Shown one piece after another: positions 8,263-16,219 of a stretch of DNA of 25,576 nucleotides. The DNA is from Bdellovibrionales bacterium (GTDB taxonomy: Bacteria > Bdellovibrionota > Bdellovibrionia > Bdellovibrionales > JAMPXM01). The first letter of the stretch is position 1; each line of letters begins with the position of its first letter. A program made the translations under genes and the position numbers. The notes below the pieces were generated by a model. That model did no database searches. It saw nothing but the letters and a program-made list of their open reading frames with translations, and was not told the DNA's origin. Location of the stretch: assembly GCA_034366485.1 (NCBI GenBank), contig JAXMMN010000434.1:1-25576 (forward strand), in the 5' to 3' direction.

Positions 8263-9240
8263 TCAAGAATTCGTGGCGTTGGCCACAATTCGCGATGTCA
8301 ATTGCTCCCAAAGCAGTTGTCGATCGACATTTCTGGCGAGATCCGCTTCACCGTCGATGGTCAAGTCGGTCACCATTTCAAGTTTTTCAAAATCCAAGTT
8401 TATCAGCCAATTGGGAACGGAACCCCGGCGCACTTCAGCACCGGCATGAGCGCGCCAGGCTCCCGCCATTCTTCGATTTAAAACGCGAAATGCCATCGCA
8501 TGGTGGTCGCGCTCTTTTAAACTTTCTCGTAAATCCGCCAACGCCTGAACGCGTTCAGAAGAAAGCGCTGTCGGATTGCAGCTAGTTAACCATTTATCGA
8601 CTGATTCTACGATGGCACTGACGGCATCCGAAGAGCCATCCCCGCCGCGGGCGATTTCAAGTGCTGCGGCGACACTTCCAGAGGCCATCTCAAGAAGCCA
8701 TGATTCGACTTTTAGGTCTTTGTCTTGCTGTCGCAAAACCTGTTCGACCTCGCTATCTAAAAGGGGGGCAAAGCGCACGACTTGCGATCGCGACCGGATG
8801 GTCGAAAGCAGCATCGCCGGACTTGGAGCGAGAAAAATAAAATGGACCCCAGGCGGTGGTTCTTCGATGGATTTTAGGAGAGCATTTGCGGCCTGTGGCC
8901 CCATCAAATGCGCTTGATCAAAAATCATGATCAGCTTTCGCCCCTCTCGCCCAAGACTCAAAAAGTGCATGGCCTCGCGAGCTTGTTCAATTTTGATTTG
9001 TGCACCGTCAGGGGAAATAAAGAAAATATTCTCTGTTTGCGCCATCGACTGGGTGAGGTCGAGACTTCGACCATCGCCGGTTGCAGCCCGGGCAAACTCC
9101 AACGCTACCAGTTTTTTTCCGATGCCCTGAGGGCCCGCGAAAATAAGCGACGGCGGCAGTCTTTCCGACATTCGCTGAAGCCGCTCGCGTACGGCCTGAT
9201 GCCCGACAATCGAAGATCGCTCCGCTGAATGGACCGTCAC
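8263..9240 (-). CDS. holB: DNA polymerase III delta-prime subunit
   Basis: IFAGPQGIGKK, IKIEQARE, AANALLKSIEEPP, LLSTIRSRSQ; GTG 9240 overlaps the tmk TGA (GTGA coupling). Confidence 0.88.
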   Translation of the reverse strand: MTVHSAERSSIVGHQAVRERLQRMSERLPPSLIFAGPQGIGKKLVALEFARAATGDGRSLDLTQSMAQTENIFFISPDGAQIKIEQAREAMHFLSLGREGRKLIMIFDQAHLMGPQAANALLKSIEEPPPGVHFIFLAPSPAMLLSTIRSRSQVVRFAPLLDSEVEQVLRQQDKDLKVESWLLEMASGSVAAALEIARGGDGSSDAVSAIVESVDKWLTSCNPTALSSERVQALADLRESLKERDHHAMAFRVLNRRMAGAWRAHAGAEVRRGSVPNWLINLDFEKLEMVTDLTIDGEADLARNVDRQLLWEQLTSRIVANATNS

Positions 9241-9908
9241 GCCTTTGTCCGATCTCTTTTTCGCATCCAACCTCGGCTTTCAAGCTCCAGCAAAACTTTC
9301 TCTAAAAGCTCCTCGGCGCTAAGTGCCGCGTCGACAACGAACCAGCGGCCTGGCTCCTCTTTTGCTTCTTCCTTTGCTTGAGCTAAAAAACCTTGCCGAA
9401 CTTTTTCGTGAAATTCATCGGCCTCTTTTTCGATGCGGTCAGGGCCGGCGCGATTGGACTGTCGTTTTCGACTTTCAGCAACCGTGAGATCTAAAAGAAC
9501 AACTAGCTCTGGGCGCGAGCCCTGCTCGGCAAATCGGTTAAGACGGTCGACATCTGTGCGCGAAAGCCCTCTTGCGAAACACTGAAACGCGACTGTCGAT
9601 TCACTGAAACGATCGCAAAGAACGACGACTCCACTTTTCAAAGCTGGCTGAATGACTTTTGCGACGTGCTGGGCGCGACTTGCTTCGTAGAGAAGAATCT
9701 CAGTGGCCGAAACAGGAGCTTCTTTGTCGTTTTCGTTTCGCAAGATGAGATGGCGAATTTCCTCTGCCAACGGGGTCCCACCTGGCTCGCGGGTCACCAG
9801 GACGTTCAGGCCAGCAGACTCAAGCGCACGCTTCACGCCAGCGATCAATGTGCTCTTGCCCGAACCGTCTAAGCCCTCAAATGAAATAAATCGTCCGACG
9901 TTATCCAT
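9237..9908 (-). CDS. tmk: Thymidylate (dTMP) kinase
   Basis: FISFEGLDGSGKST, TREPGGT, LCDRF, DRIE; start reset to ATG 9908 with GAGG RBS. Confidence 0.96.
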   Translation of the reverse strand: MDNVGRFISFEGLDGSGKSTLIAGVKRALESAGLNVLVTREPGGTPLAEEIRHLILRNENDKEAPVSATEILLYEASRAQHVAKVIQPALKSGVVVLCDRFSESTVAFQCFARGLSRTDVDRLNRFAEQGSRPELVVLLDLTVAESRKRQSNRAGPDRIEKEADEFHEKVRQGFLAQAKEEAKEEPGRWFVVDAALSAEELLEKVLLELESRGWMRKRDRTKA

Positions 9909-9966
9909 CTTCCTCACTCGTATTACTGGACTCAGGTCGCGACGCTTTGCATTACGACTCGCTGAA

Positions 9967-9992
9967 TGGGTCAAAACGACCGAAATGACCCA
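9967..9992. promoter_or_regulatory. Inverted repeat, possible operator in the divergent tmk / REC-GAF intergenic region
   Basis: TGGGTCA-N12-TGACCCA, just upstream of the GGAGG RBS at 9995-9999. Confidence 0.3.
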
Positions 9993-10005
9993 CTGGAGGC
10001 CTGCT

Positions 10006-11001
10006 TTGTCTTTACCCGCCCATCCATCTACAACTCGCATTCTTCTTGCCGAAGAATCAACGTTTGTCGCGGACAAACTGCGCGACGTTTTGATGGAGCG
10101 CGGCTTCCAAGTTCAAACCGCCAATACCGGGCAAGATGCCATAAAAATAGCAAAAGAATGGCGCCCAGATTTTGTTCTCTACGACATGATCATGAGCGAT
10201 CTCAATGGCCTTGGCTTTTTGAAAGCGCTCAAAGCTGAAAATCTTCTCGGTGATGACAAAATCAGCAATGGGCGCCCGCGCGTTTTTGTGATGTCCTCCC
10301 ACAATTCCACGTTCAACGTGAAAGAATGCCTTAAGTTTGGCGCTGTGGATTACCTAGTAAAGCCCGTCAAAGCCGAGGACTTGGTCGCCCGTCTGATTCT
10401 GCACATGCAGGTCAAGCGACAAATTGGCGAAGCGCGATTAGCCGACGGTTCAGATAGCGGTCGCGCGCTTCATTTTATGCACCTCACCGAACTTCTCCTT
10501 CGCGAAGGCTTGAAGCTCGCTCCGCAATCCGAAAGTCTTTATAATCTCGTCGGAATGCTCAGTCTTGCCACGGATGCCGTTCGAGTTTCCGTCATCGAGG
10601 CTGACCTTTCGCGACTGGGCCAAGAATCTTCTACACCCCAAGGGTTTCCGGGTTTTGTTCGCGCTTCACACGACAAGCGAGACATCGACGGACTCGTCAT
10701 TGACCTCGAAAAGTACCCTGAGGTTGTTTTCGTTCTTCGGTCGGAAAAGACGCTCGCTCTGGACAACTTGAAGGCCGATCCAACAATGGCTGCTATTTCA
10801 AGTCTCAATAAATCGATTTCCTTTAACGCCATCATTGTTTGCCCCATTCGGATCGGCAATGAAGTATGGGGCGTGCTTTCGGTCCGCCTCCCTGAAACGA
10901 AGAAATCACTATCGGACTTCGAGATCCGATTTGTGCAGCTCACGGCCAACGTCATTGGTGGCGTTATTGCCCGCCAGCCAAGCTTTCTTCGCGCCGCTTA
11001 A
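10006..11001 (+). CDS. Response regulator receiver domain fused to a C-terminal GAF domain (no effector domain)
   Basis: RILLAEES...PDFVLYD(Asp-P site)MIM...VMSS...DYLVKP, then GAF-like DLEKYPEV...IIVCPIRIGNEVWGVLSVR. TTG 10006 has GGAGG 6 nt upstream (ATG 9985 is an alternative); the ORF-track start at 9703 overlaps tmk. Confidence 0.85.
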   Translation: MSLPAHPSTTRILLAEESTFVADKLRDVLMERGFQVQTANTGQDAIKIAKEWRPDFVLYDMIMSDLNGLGFLKALKAENLLGDDKISNGRPRVFVMSSHNSTFNVKECLKFGAVDYLVKPVKAEDLVARLILHMQVKRQIGEARLADGSDSGRALHFMHLTELLLREGLKLAPQSESLYNLVGMLSLATDAVRVSVIEADLSRLGQESSTPQGFPGFVRASHDKRDIDGLVIDLEKYPEVVFVLRSEKTLALDNLKADPTMAAISSLNKSISFNAIIVCPIRIGNEVWGVLSVRLPETKKSLSDFEIRFVQLTANVIGGVIARQPSFLRAA

Positions 11002-11119
11002 ACTAACCCTAACGCGTCACGAAAAAGGTTGGACGATCGGCCATTTGGCGAATTATAACCGTCTAACTCGCTCACTGAATCGCTCTACAAAGAAGTACAG
11101 CTCACCGGAGTTTTAAAAA

Positions 11120-11527
11120 ATGCTGACAGTTGTTGCCGTCGTACACATCATTGCCTGCCTTCTCCTCATCGCGCTTGTTCTTCTTCAAGATCCAAAAGCA
11201 ACTGGCGGAAGCACCATGTTCGGCGGCACAGGATCCAGCAACGTCATCGGCGCAACTGGCGGAGCTTCTCTTCTTCAGAAAATGACTCGGTACGCAGCCA
11301 TCGTCTTCGGCATTTGCTGCTTACTTTTGACGATGCTTTCTCGTCGCGATTCTGGTTCGGGATCGGTCTTTGACAATCTCAATTCAGCAACACCAACGGC
11401 ACCGATCTCGGCTCCGGCAACTCCCGGAACCTCGGCGCCAACTGCGCCTGGCACGTCTGCACCGGCGGCACCGGCTGCGCCAGCCAACGCACCAGCAGCT
11501 CCAGCCACAGGATCGCAAACGAAGTGA
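11120..11527 (+). CDS. secG: Preprotein translocase subunit SecG with a Pro/Ala/Thr-rich C-terminal tail
   Basis: TM1 ending LVLLQ, Gly-rich loop MFGGTGSSNVIGATGG, LLQKMT, TM2; GGAG RBS. Confidence 0.92.
   Translation: MLTVVAVVHIIACLLLIALVLLQDPKATGGSTMFGGTGSSNVIGATGGASLLQKMTRYAAIVFGICCLLLTMLSRRDSGSGSVFDNLNSATPTAPISAPATPGTSAPTAPGTSAPAAPAAPANAPAAPATGSQTK
11387..11509 (+). repeat. Coding low-complexity repeat (APGTS / AP units) in the SecG tail
   Basis: ATPTAPISAPATPGTSAPTAPGTSAPAAPAAPANAPAAPAT; synonymous codons differ between units. Confidence 0.8.
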
Positions 11528-12609
11528 GCCGTGTGGTGATCCACAACGGCGACGCACCAGAAAATCAGCCAGAAAACCAATCAGAGAATCTGAAAAAAAG
11601 AAGACTTCAACAAATCATCTCGATCGCGGTCTCCATTTTGGCGGCGCTCGCGATGGCGAGCTATCTTCGCTCCGGCAACGTGCCGACCGAAGAAGCGAAA
11701 GCAGTTCTCGATGGAGCCGTCATTGGAGAACTGCAGTCTATCGAAGGAACAGTTCAAATTCGCCCACCGAAATCGACCAGATTTTTTAACGCTTCAACAG
11801 GTCCTTTCATTGCGGAAGCATTGATCCAAACGCAAAGCTCAAGCACAGCGGTCATCGAATTTCGTCCAGGCCCCACAATTCGCCTTCTCGCAAATTCGCG
11901 CCTCGTCGCCGAATTGGACCCGTCAAAGGATGGAGTTATCAACGCAACTTTAATCGCCGGTGAAATCACCGTGCTCAATCCGGGAACAAGCACGACGTTT
12001 TCAATTTCTCAAAATGGCGTGCCGATAAAATATCAAGATGGCCCAATTGCGAGAACCGTTCCGTTGATTCCAGTTTCCGCAGGCGAGGATTTTCTAGCGG
12101 CCGAAGATTCTGCCGCGGACGTGGCTGAAAAACTTGAGGCCGATCGCGATGCGGAACTTTCCACAGTTTCTCAACCCGAAGCGCCACAGCCCCTCGGCAC
12201 ACCAGGTGGTGCAGCAAGTGCCACGAGTGCCGTCGATAAAGTGACCGGCTCCAGCAGTGGGATCGACCCCACCCTTATTCGCTCGACACTGACCAACGAC
12301 GACATCCGTTCCCAAGTGAAGTCGCAAGCCGGTAGTTTGCAAAAGTGCTATGTCACAATGGTCAATCGGATGAGCGAAAAACCTGACGGAACCAGCGGCA
12401 CATCGAAGGGCGAACTTCCTCGCGGTGAGATCCGCGTTTCATTTAAAATTTTATCCAGCGGAAAAGTCGAAGAGCCTCGAGTTCTGCAATCGCCCTTTCA
12501 AGATCAAACCTTTGAAAGATGCACGGCCGAAGCTCTTGGCCGAATGCGCTTTCGCCCCTTTCAAGGACCGACCATTCCAGTGGGCGATTTTCCAATTGTC
12601 TTAGAATAA
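11524..12609 (+). CDS. Membrane-anchored protein: TM - FecR-like beta domain - acidic/PAST linker - AgmX/PglI-type (TonB-C-like) C-terminal domain
   Basis: Basic KKRR then a TM helix; IGELQSIEGTVQIR...IQTQSSSTAVIEF...IRLLANSRL; C-terminal LTNDDIRSQV...LQKCY...GEIRVSFKILSSGKV...FERCTAEALGRMRF with a Cys pair; GTG overlaps the secG TGA. Confidence 0.75.
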   Translation: MSRVVIHNGDAPENQPENQSENLKKRRLQQIISIAVSILAALAMASYLRSGNVPTEEAKAVLDGAVIGELQSIEGTVQIRPPKSTRFFNASTGPFIAEALIQTQSSSTAVIEFRPGPTIRLLANSRLVAELDPSKDGVINATLIAGEITVLNPGTSTTFSISQNGVPIKYQDGPIARTVPLIPVSAGEDFLAAEDSAADVAEKLEADRDAELSTVSQPEAPQPLGTPGGAASATSAVDKVTGSSSGIDPTLIRSTLTNDDIRSQVKSQAGSLQKCYVTMVNRMSEKPDGTSGTSKGELPRGEIRVSFKILSSGKVEEPRVLQSPFQDQTFERCTAEALGRMRFRPFQGPTIPVGDFPIVLE

Positions 12610-12647
12610 TAACTGCCGAATAAAATCAAACGACAGGGAGTCACGCG

Positions 12648-13142
12648 ATGAAAATGAAGGCCATGTTCCTAGCGACTTTTGCAGCAGCTCTTGTTCCTGC
12701 AATCTCACAAGCCGAAGTGAACGAAATTAAACCTGTCCCTGCCGTAAAAGACGCCAAACACCAATACGAAGTTTCTATTCGCGACACGCCTTGCCCGGCT
12801 GCGCCTGTGGCACCGGGAACTAAGCCGGCTGCGGCCGCTAGCAACCCTGCCAACAAACCGCTTCCAATAACAAAAACTTTGACGGCCTGTGGATATGACT
12901 ACGTGTTGGTCGCGTCTGCTTTGGACAATGGCGAACATGTTTGGGAACGAGTACTCTACTCGCGCGCCTACAATCTCGAAAAAGAAATCGATAAACAGAT
13001 CATTCGCCCCACATCCCTGAAGATCGTAAAAAAGAAATCGGCGCACATTAAAAATGAACGCGGTGATGAATTTGTCGTGTGGCTAGAAAAGGGCTACCTC
13101 ACAAAACCAGCAAGCCCAAAAACATACCCGACGGATAAATAA
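12648..13142 (+). CDS. Hypothetical secreted protein
   Basis: GGGAG RBS; signal peptide MKMKAMFLATFAAALVPAISQA; two Cys flanking a Pro/Ala-rich loop. Confidence 0.75.
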   Translation: MKMKAMFLATFAAALVPAISQAEVNEIKPVPAVKDAKHQYEVSIRDTPCPAAPVAPGTKPAAAASNPANKPLPITKTLTACGYDYVLVASALDNGEHVWERVLYSRAYNLEKEIDKQIIRPTSLKIVKKKSAHIKNERGDEFVVWLEKGYLTKPASPKTYPTDK

Positions 13143-13151
13143 GTAAATCGA

Positions 13152-14228
13152 CTATCGAGATTCGTGAAGATAGTCGATGCCATCCGGAATCCACGCCTCG
13201 TGGGTTCCCTCGAGGCGGTACACTCGTCCATCACGCGACTCTTCGACGGGTCGCGGTTCAACCGAAGTTTTAAAATCTGGCGAAACAAACCCATGCGACG
13301 CGAGTTCCGGCAAGATCAGGCCGACGGCCGTCTGACCCAAAATTTGCCGGCGCACCAGTCCATCGACACTTGCTTCCATTGCCTCACGGGTGATTCCATA
13401 ATTCTCACGCATGTCGCGCGCCACTTCGAGAACGCGTGAAGCGCTTAACCGTGAATCTTGAAAGAGATCGAGTGCCGCCTGAAGAGAGTTAACGGTCGGC
13501 ACACAGCGCCGACCGAACTTCAGGTAGTACTCGGGATCAGTATCGGTTGCGAGGTTGATATAAATTTTTTCGACGGGATCATGCTTTGGAATTTGATCCT
13601 GAAGATCCAAGATCGTTTCTGTTTGCTCGCCGATCACATGTAAGCGAGACAGAATTTCTATCAGTTCTTTTTCCGTCCAACGGCGCGCACAGATATCGGA
13701 ATAGAGCGAATAGATGATCGCATCACTTTCCGAATCATCGCCCCAAAGAATTTGCCGAACGTCGTCTTTCAAACGGGTGCGCAACTGCAAGAGGGCCTGA
13801 ACTTTAAACCCCACTTGTTTTGTGAGGCGCCACCAGCGCGATGGCTTCCAGTTTCGTAAATTGTCTTTGTAAAACGCGCCGAGCGGTTTGATATCGTCCA
13901 AGGTTAGCTTCTGCTCGATCTTTTCTTCCATCTGCGGCGGACTTGCGGTGATGAAATAAATCGGAAACGCCAGCTGTCCGCGGTTGTCTTCCCAGCCGGA
14001 TCGCAACGCCCGCACGAGTGTCGCGGTGCCTGGAATATTTTTTTTCTGAAACGCTTTTTCTAAGGCTGTTCGCCAAAGCTCCGAAAGCGAAGCCCAGCTC
14101 GTGTCGAGGTAGGTTTTATCGAGATCCCAAACGTAAACTTCGGAAAACGCACGCTCGAGGTTTTCTCCCGCATAGCGGAAAAAAACCACGTCGCCTTCAG
14201 TTTCGGATCGATATTCCCAATCAGCCAC
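13152..14228 (-). CDS. HAD-superfamily phosphatase, lipin/LNS2/App1 (phosphatidate phosphatase)-like
   Basis: Motif I WDLDKT (DxDxT), motif II YFITASP, motif IV ILWGDDSESD; FYKDNL and K-x(2)-ALL basic motif. Confidence 0.75.
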   Translation of the reverse strand: MADWEYRSETEGDVVFFRYAGENLERAFSEVYVWDLDKTYLDTSWASLSELWRTALEKAFQKKNIPGTATLVRALRSGWEDNRGQLAFPIYFITASPPQMEEKIEQKLTLDDIKPLGAFYKDNLRNWKPSRWWRLTKQVGFKVQALLQLRTRLKDDVRQILWGDDSESDAIIYSLYSDICARRWTEKELIEILSRLHVIGEQTETILDLQDQIPKHDPVEKIYINLATDTDPEYYLKFGRRCVPTVNSLQAALDLFQDSRLSASRVLEVARDMRENYGITREAMEASVDGLVRRQILGQTAVGLILPELASHGFVSPDFKTSVEPRPVEESRDGRVYRLEGTHEAWIPDGIDYLHESR

Positions 14229-14234
14229 GACCTA

Positions 14235-15284
14235 TTAGAACGCAATTAACAGTATGACGGCAAGGCTTGCGAGGATGGAAAGTGTCGTGGCAAGCGGACC
14301 GGTTTCGGCCTGGTCACGTTCGACCTTTTTTCCCTCGGGCTCCAGGCCTTGGCCACCGGGGCTCCCAGCGGCCAGCAGACTTAAGACTGCCTCCGAGCTA
14401 GTCACATCCTTTTGACGAATTTGTAGGGAATCAAGCCGTGCTTTTTCCAGCGGTGCGTAAACGAGAGTACCGGCTTTGATTGCTGAAAGGTCAGCCACTC
14501 GGCGCAATTCAACGATCGCCAGCTTCTCCTTCACCTCGAGGATTACACCCTCGGCCTTCACCGTCGACTTTGCGGCTCCTTGAAAGAGTGCTCCAAGACT
14601 GACGCGGTCAAGCGAGATCCACTGGACCTCATCGCCTGCTTTGAACGCGCCCCTCGAACCAATTTGGACTTTAACCATTTTTTTACCGCCGTCTTCATAG
14701 ACCGCAGATCGAGCCAAAGAATCTTTTAGTGTGATTCCATGATACGGCACAGCCGCCAAAAATTCTCGCACCAACCCTCGACCGACTTTCGTTAGTTGAT
14801 CGCGAATCAAGATTGATGGATGAAGTTCAATGCTCGAGCGCCAAGCGACTATGCCTTCGGCCGCGTCCCAGACTGTCATCGAAAAAACACGGTCTTCTAG
14901 TTTCATCGTCATTAGCGCATCGGCCTCAACATAGCGACCAAGGATAACAGCATCCGATGACGCAAGGTTGGCGCGCGGTTGAAACACATCGGCTTTCTGC
15001 AAAAAAGATTTCGTCGCAACTAAGAAGCGACCGGTGTCGGCAAGTTCTTCTCGAACTTCCCACCACGCTTCCTGAAGACTGTCGGCGGTTTGTGAGTCGA
15101 CTTTAAGTCCGCGCTGATCGCTGAAAGCAATTGGGAAAACCGCGAACTTCTCGTAACCGCGCACAGGCGTCGCGACCGCGGTTGTTCCAGCCGGCACTGC
15201 ATTCGGCGCAGCGGCCGGAGCTGCCAACAGATCCGATGCCGGCAACAAAATACTTAAGAGAAGAACAAAGCCATTTATTCTCAT
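14235..15284 (-). CDS. Hypothetical exported protein with a CsgG/TolB-N-like domain, a FlgT-C-like beta domain and a C-terminal TM helix
   Basis: Signal peptide; FAVFPIAF...EELADTGRFLV...ILGRYVEADAL pattern; VKVQIGSRGAFKAGDEV...GVILEV; ends TLSILASLAVILLIAF. The fold call is tentative. Confidence 0.65.
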   Translation of the reverse strand: MRINGFVLLLSILLPASDLLAAPAAAPNAVPAGTTAVATPVRGYEKFAVFPIAFSDQRGLKVDSQTADSLQEAWWEVREELADTGRFLVATKSFLQKADVFQPRANLASSDAVILGRYVEADALMTMKLEDRVFSMTVWDAAEGIVAWRSSIELHPSILIRDQLTKVGRGLVREFLAAVPYHGITLKDSLARSAVYEDGGKKMVKVQIGSRGAFKAGDEVQWISLDRVSLGALFQGAAKSTVKAEGVILEVKEKLAIVELRRVADLSAIKAGTLVYAPLEKARLDSLQIRQKDVTSSEAVLSLLAAGSPGGQGLEPEGKKVERDQAETGPLATTLSILASLAVILLIAF

Positions 15285-15341
15285 GAGCCTTCACTTTCTC
15301 ATGACCCAGGCATGCCACGCCAGTCTGGGTTTGGCTAGACC

Positions 15342-15974
15342 TTAATCTTGTTCAAAGCGGATCAGCTGCGGATGTGTCAATCGACATTCAAACACCAGCG
15401 GACCGGCGAACGACGCGAAACTTGAGGTGTCACTGCTCAATGGGAAGTTGATGGACTTCGTCACGTAAACACCATCTGAACCCATCTCGTCGAGAGTGCC
15501 GCTGATCCGAAGCTCTTCGTTAAAACCTCGAAGCAAATAAAGCCCCTCGAGCTGACCAACAACAACTTCGCGCTGGTGCTGAACTTCACGAATAATCAAC
15601 GAGGCGTTTGTCACAGGCGAACGCCGAAGAGCCTGCTCCCAGCCGTTTCGATCTTTTCTCATCGACGGCAAACTTTTAGAATTTGCCATAATCAGAACAC
15701 TTCTACGGGTGCCGGAATTCTGACCCGCAAGTGGATCGCGACATTCACCAATGGGCTCCAATTGCGAGATTTGGCCGCCAGGTGACTTCTGAAGCATTTG
15801 ACTTGAATCGCGACGAGCAAGTTCCATCGCCGAGCTGGCAGCCTGCCCTTGGCTCCCTGCGAGAGAAACAAGAGAAAATAGGCCAAAGAGGGCACCGGTA
15901 AGGACGAAATGTGTCACTAAGCCAGAGGCCGATTGCGATCGAAGCATGGTATTTGAGGCATTGATAAAGGACAT
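15342..15974 (-). CDS. Hypothetical exported/membrane-anchored protein
   Basis: AGGAG 7 nt before ATG 15974; hydrophobic segment FVLTGALFGLFSLVSLA; two Cys. Confidence 0.65.
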   Translation of the reverse strand: MSFINASNTMLRSQSASGLVTHFVLTGALFGLFSLVSLAGSQGQAASSAMELARRDSSQMLQKSPGGQISQLEPIGECRDPLAGQNSGTRRSVLIMANSKSLPSMRKDRNGWEQALRRSPVTNASLIIREVQHQREVVVGQLEGLYLLRGFNEELRISGTLDEMGSDGVYVTKSINFPLSSDTSSFASFAGPLVFECRLTHPQLIRFEQD

Positions 15975-16130
15975 TTTCAGACTCCTAAAAGTTTCCCGGC
16001 GCTTGTAATCCAACACATCGTTCGAAATTCGGCACAGCGTTTAACTATTGATCGAACTTCATCCAACATTCGGTCTAACGAAGGACGCCGCGCCAATGTC
16101 GTATTGCAAACTGGTGGGCCAACCATTCGA

Positions 16131-16146
16131 CGGCACAAGGGATGCT
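16131..16146 (+). promoter_or_regulatory. Candidate sigma54 (-24/-12) promoter
   Basis: CGGCACA-AGGG-ATGCT versus consensus TGGCACG-N4-TTGCW; GG-N10-GC spacing is exact; 73 nt upstream of ATG 16220. Confidence 0.4.
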
Positions 16147-16219
16147 TCCTCAAATGCCTTTCGGCCCATAAAGCATTCGACACGTGCACCTCGGTCCAAA
16201 TTTAATGCGGAGTACTTTT

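Noticed and set aside
9703-10076. Apparent long head-to-head overlap of tmk (ORF from 10076) and the REC-GAF gene (ORF from 9703)
   Set aside because: Disappears when starts are set at the RBS-supported ATG 9908 and TTG 10006; the extensions have no homology-like content
12615-12622. GCCGAATA sigma28-like -10 upstream of the 12648 gene (and GCCGAATT near 16030 on the minus strand)
   Set aside because: No matching -35 element at 15-16 nt spacing
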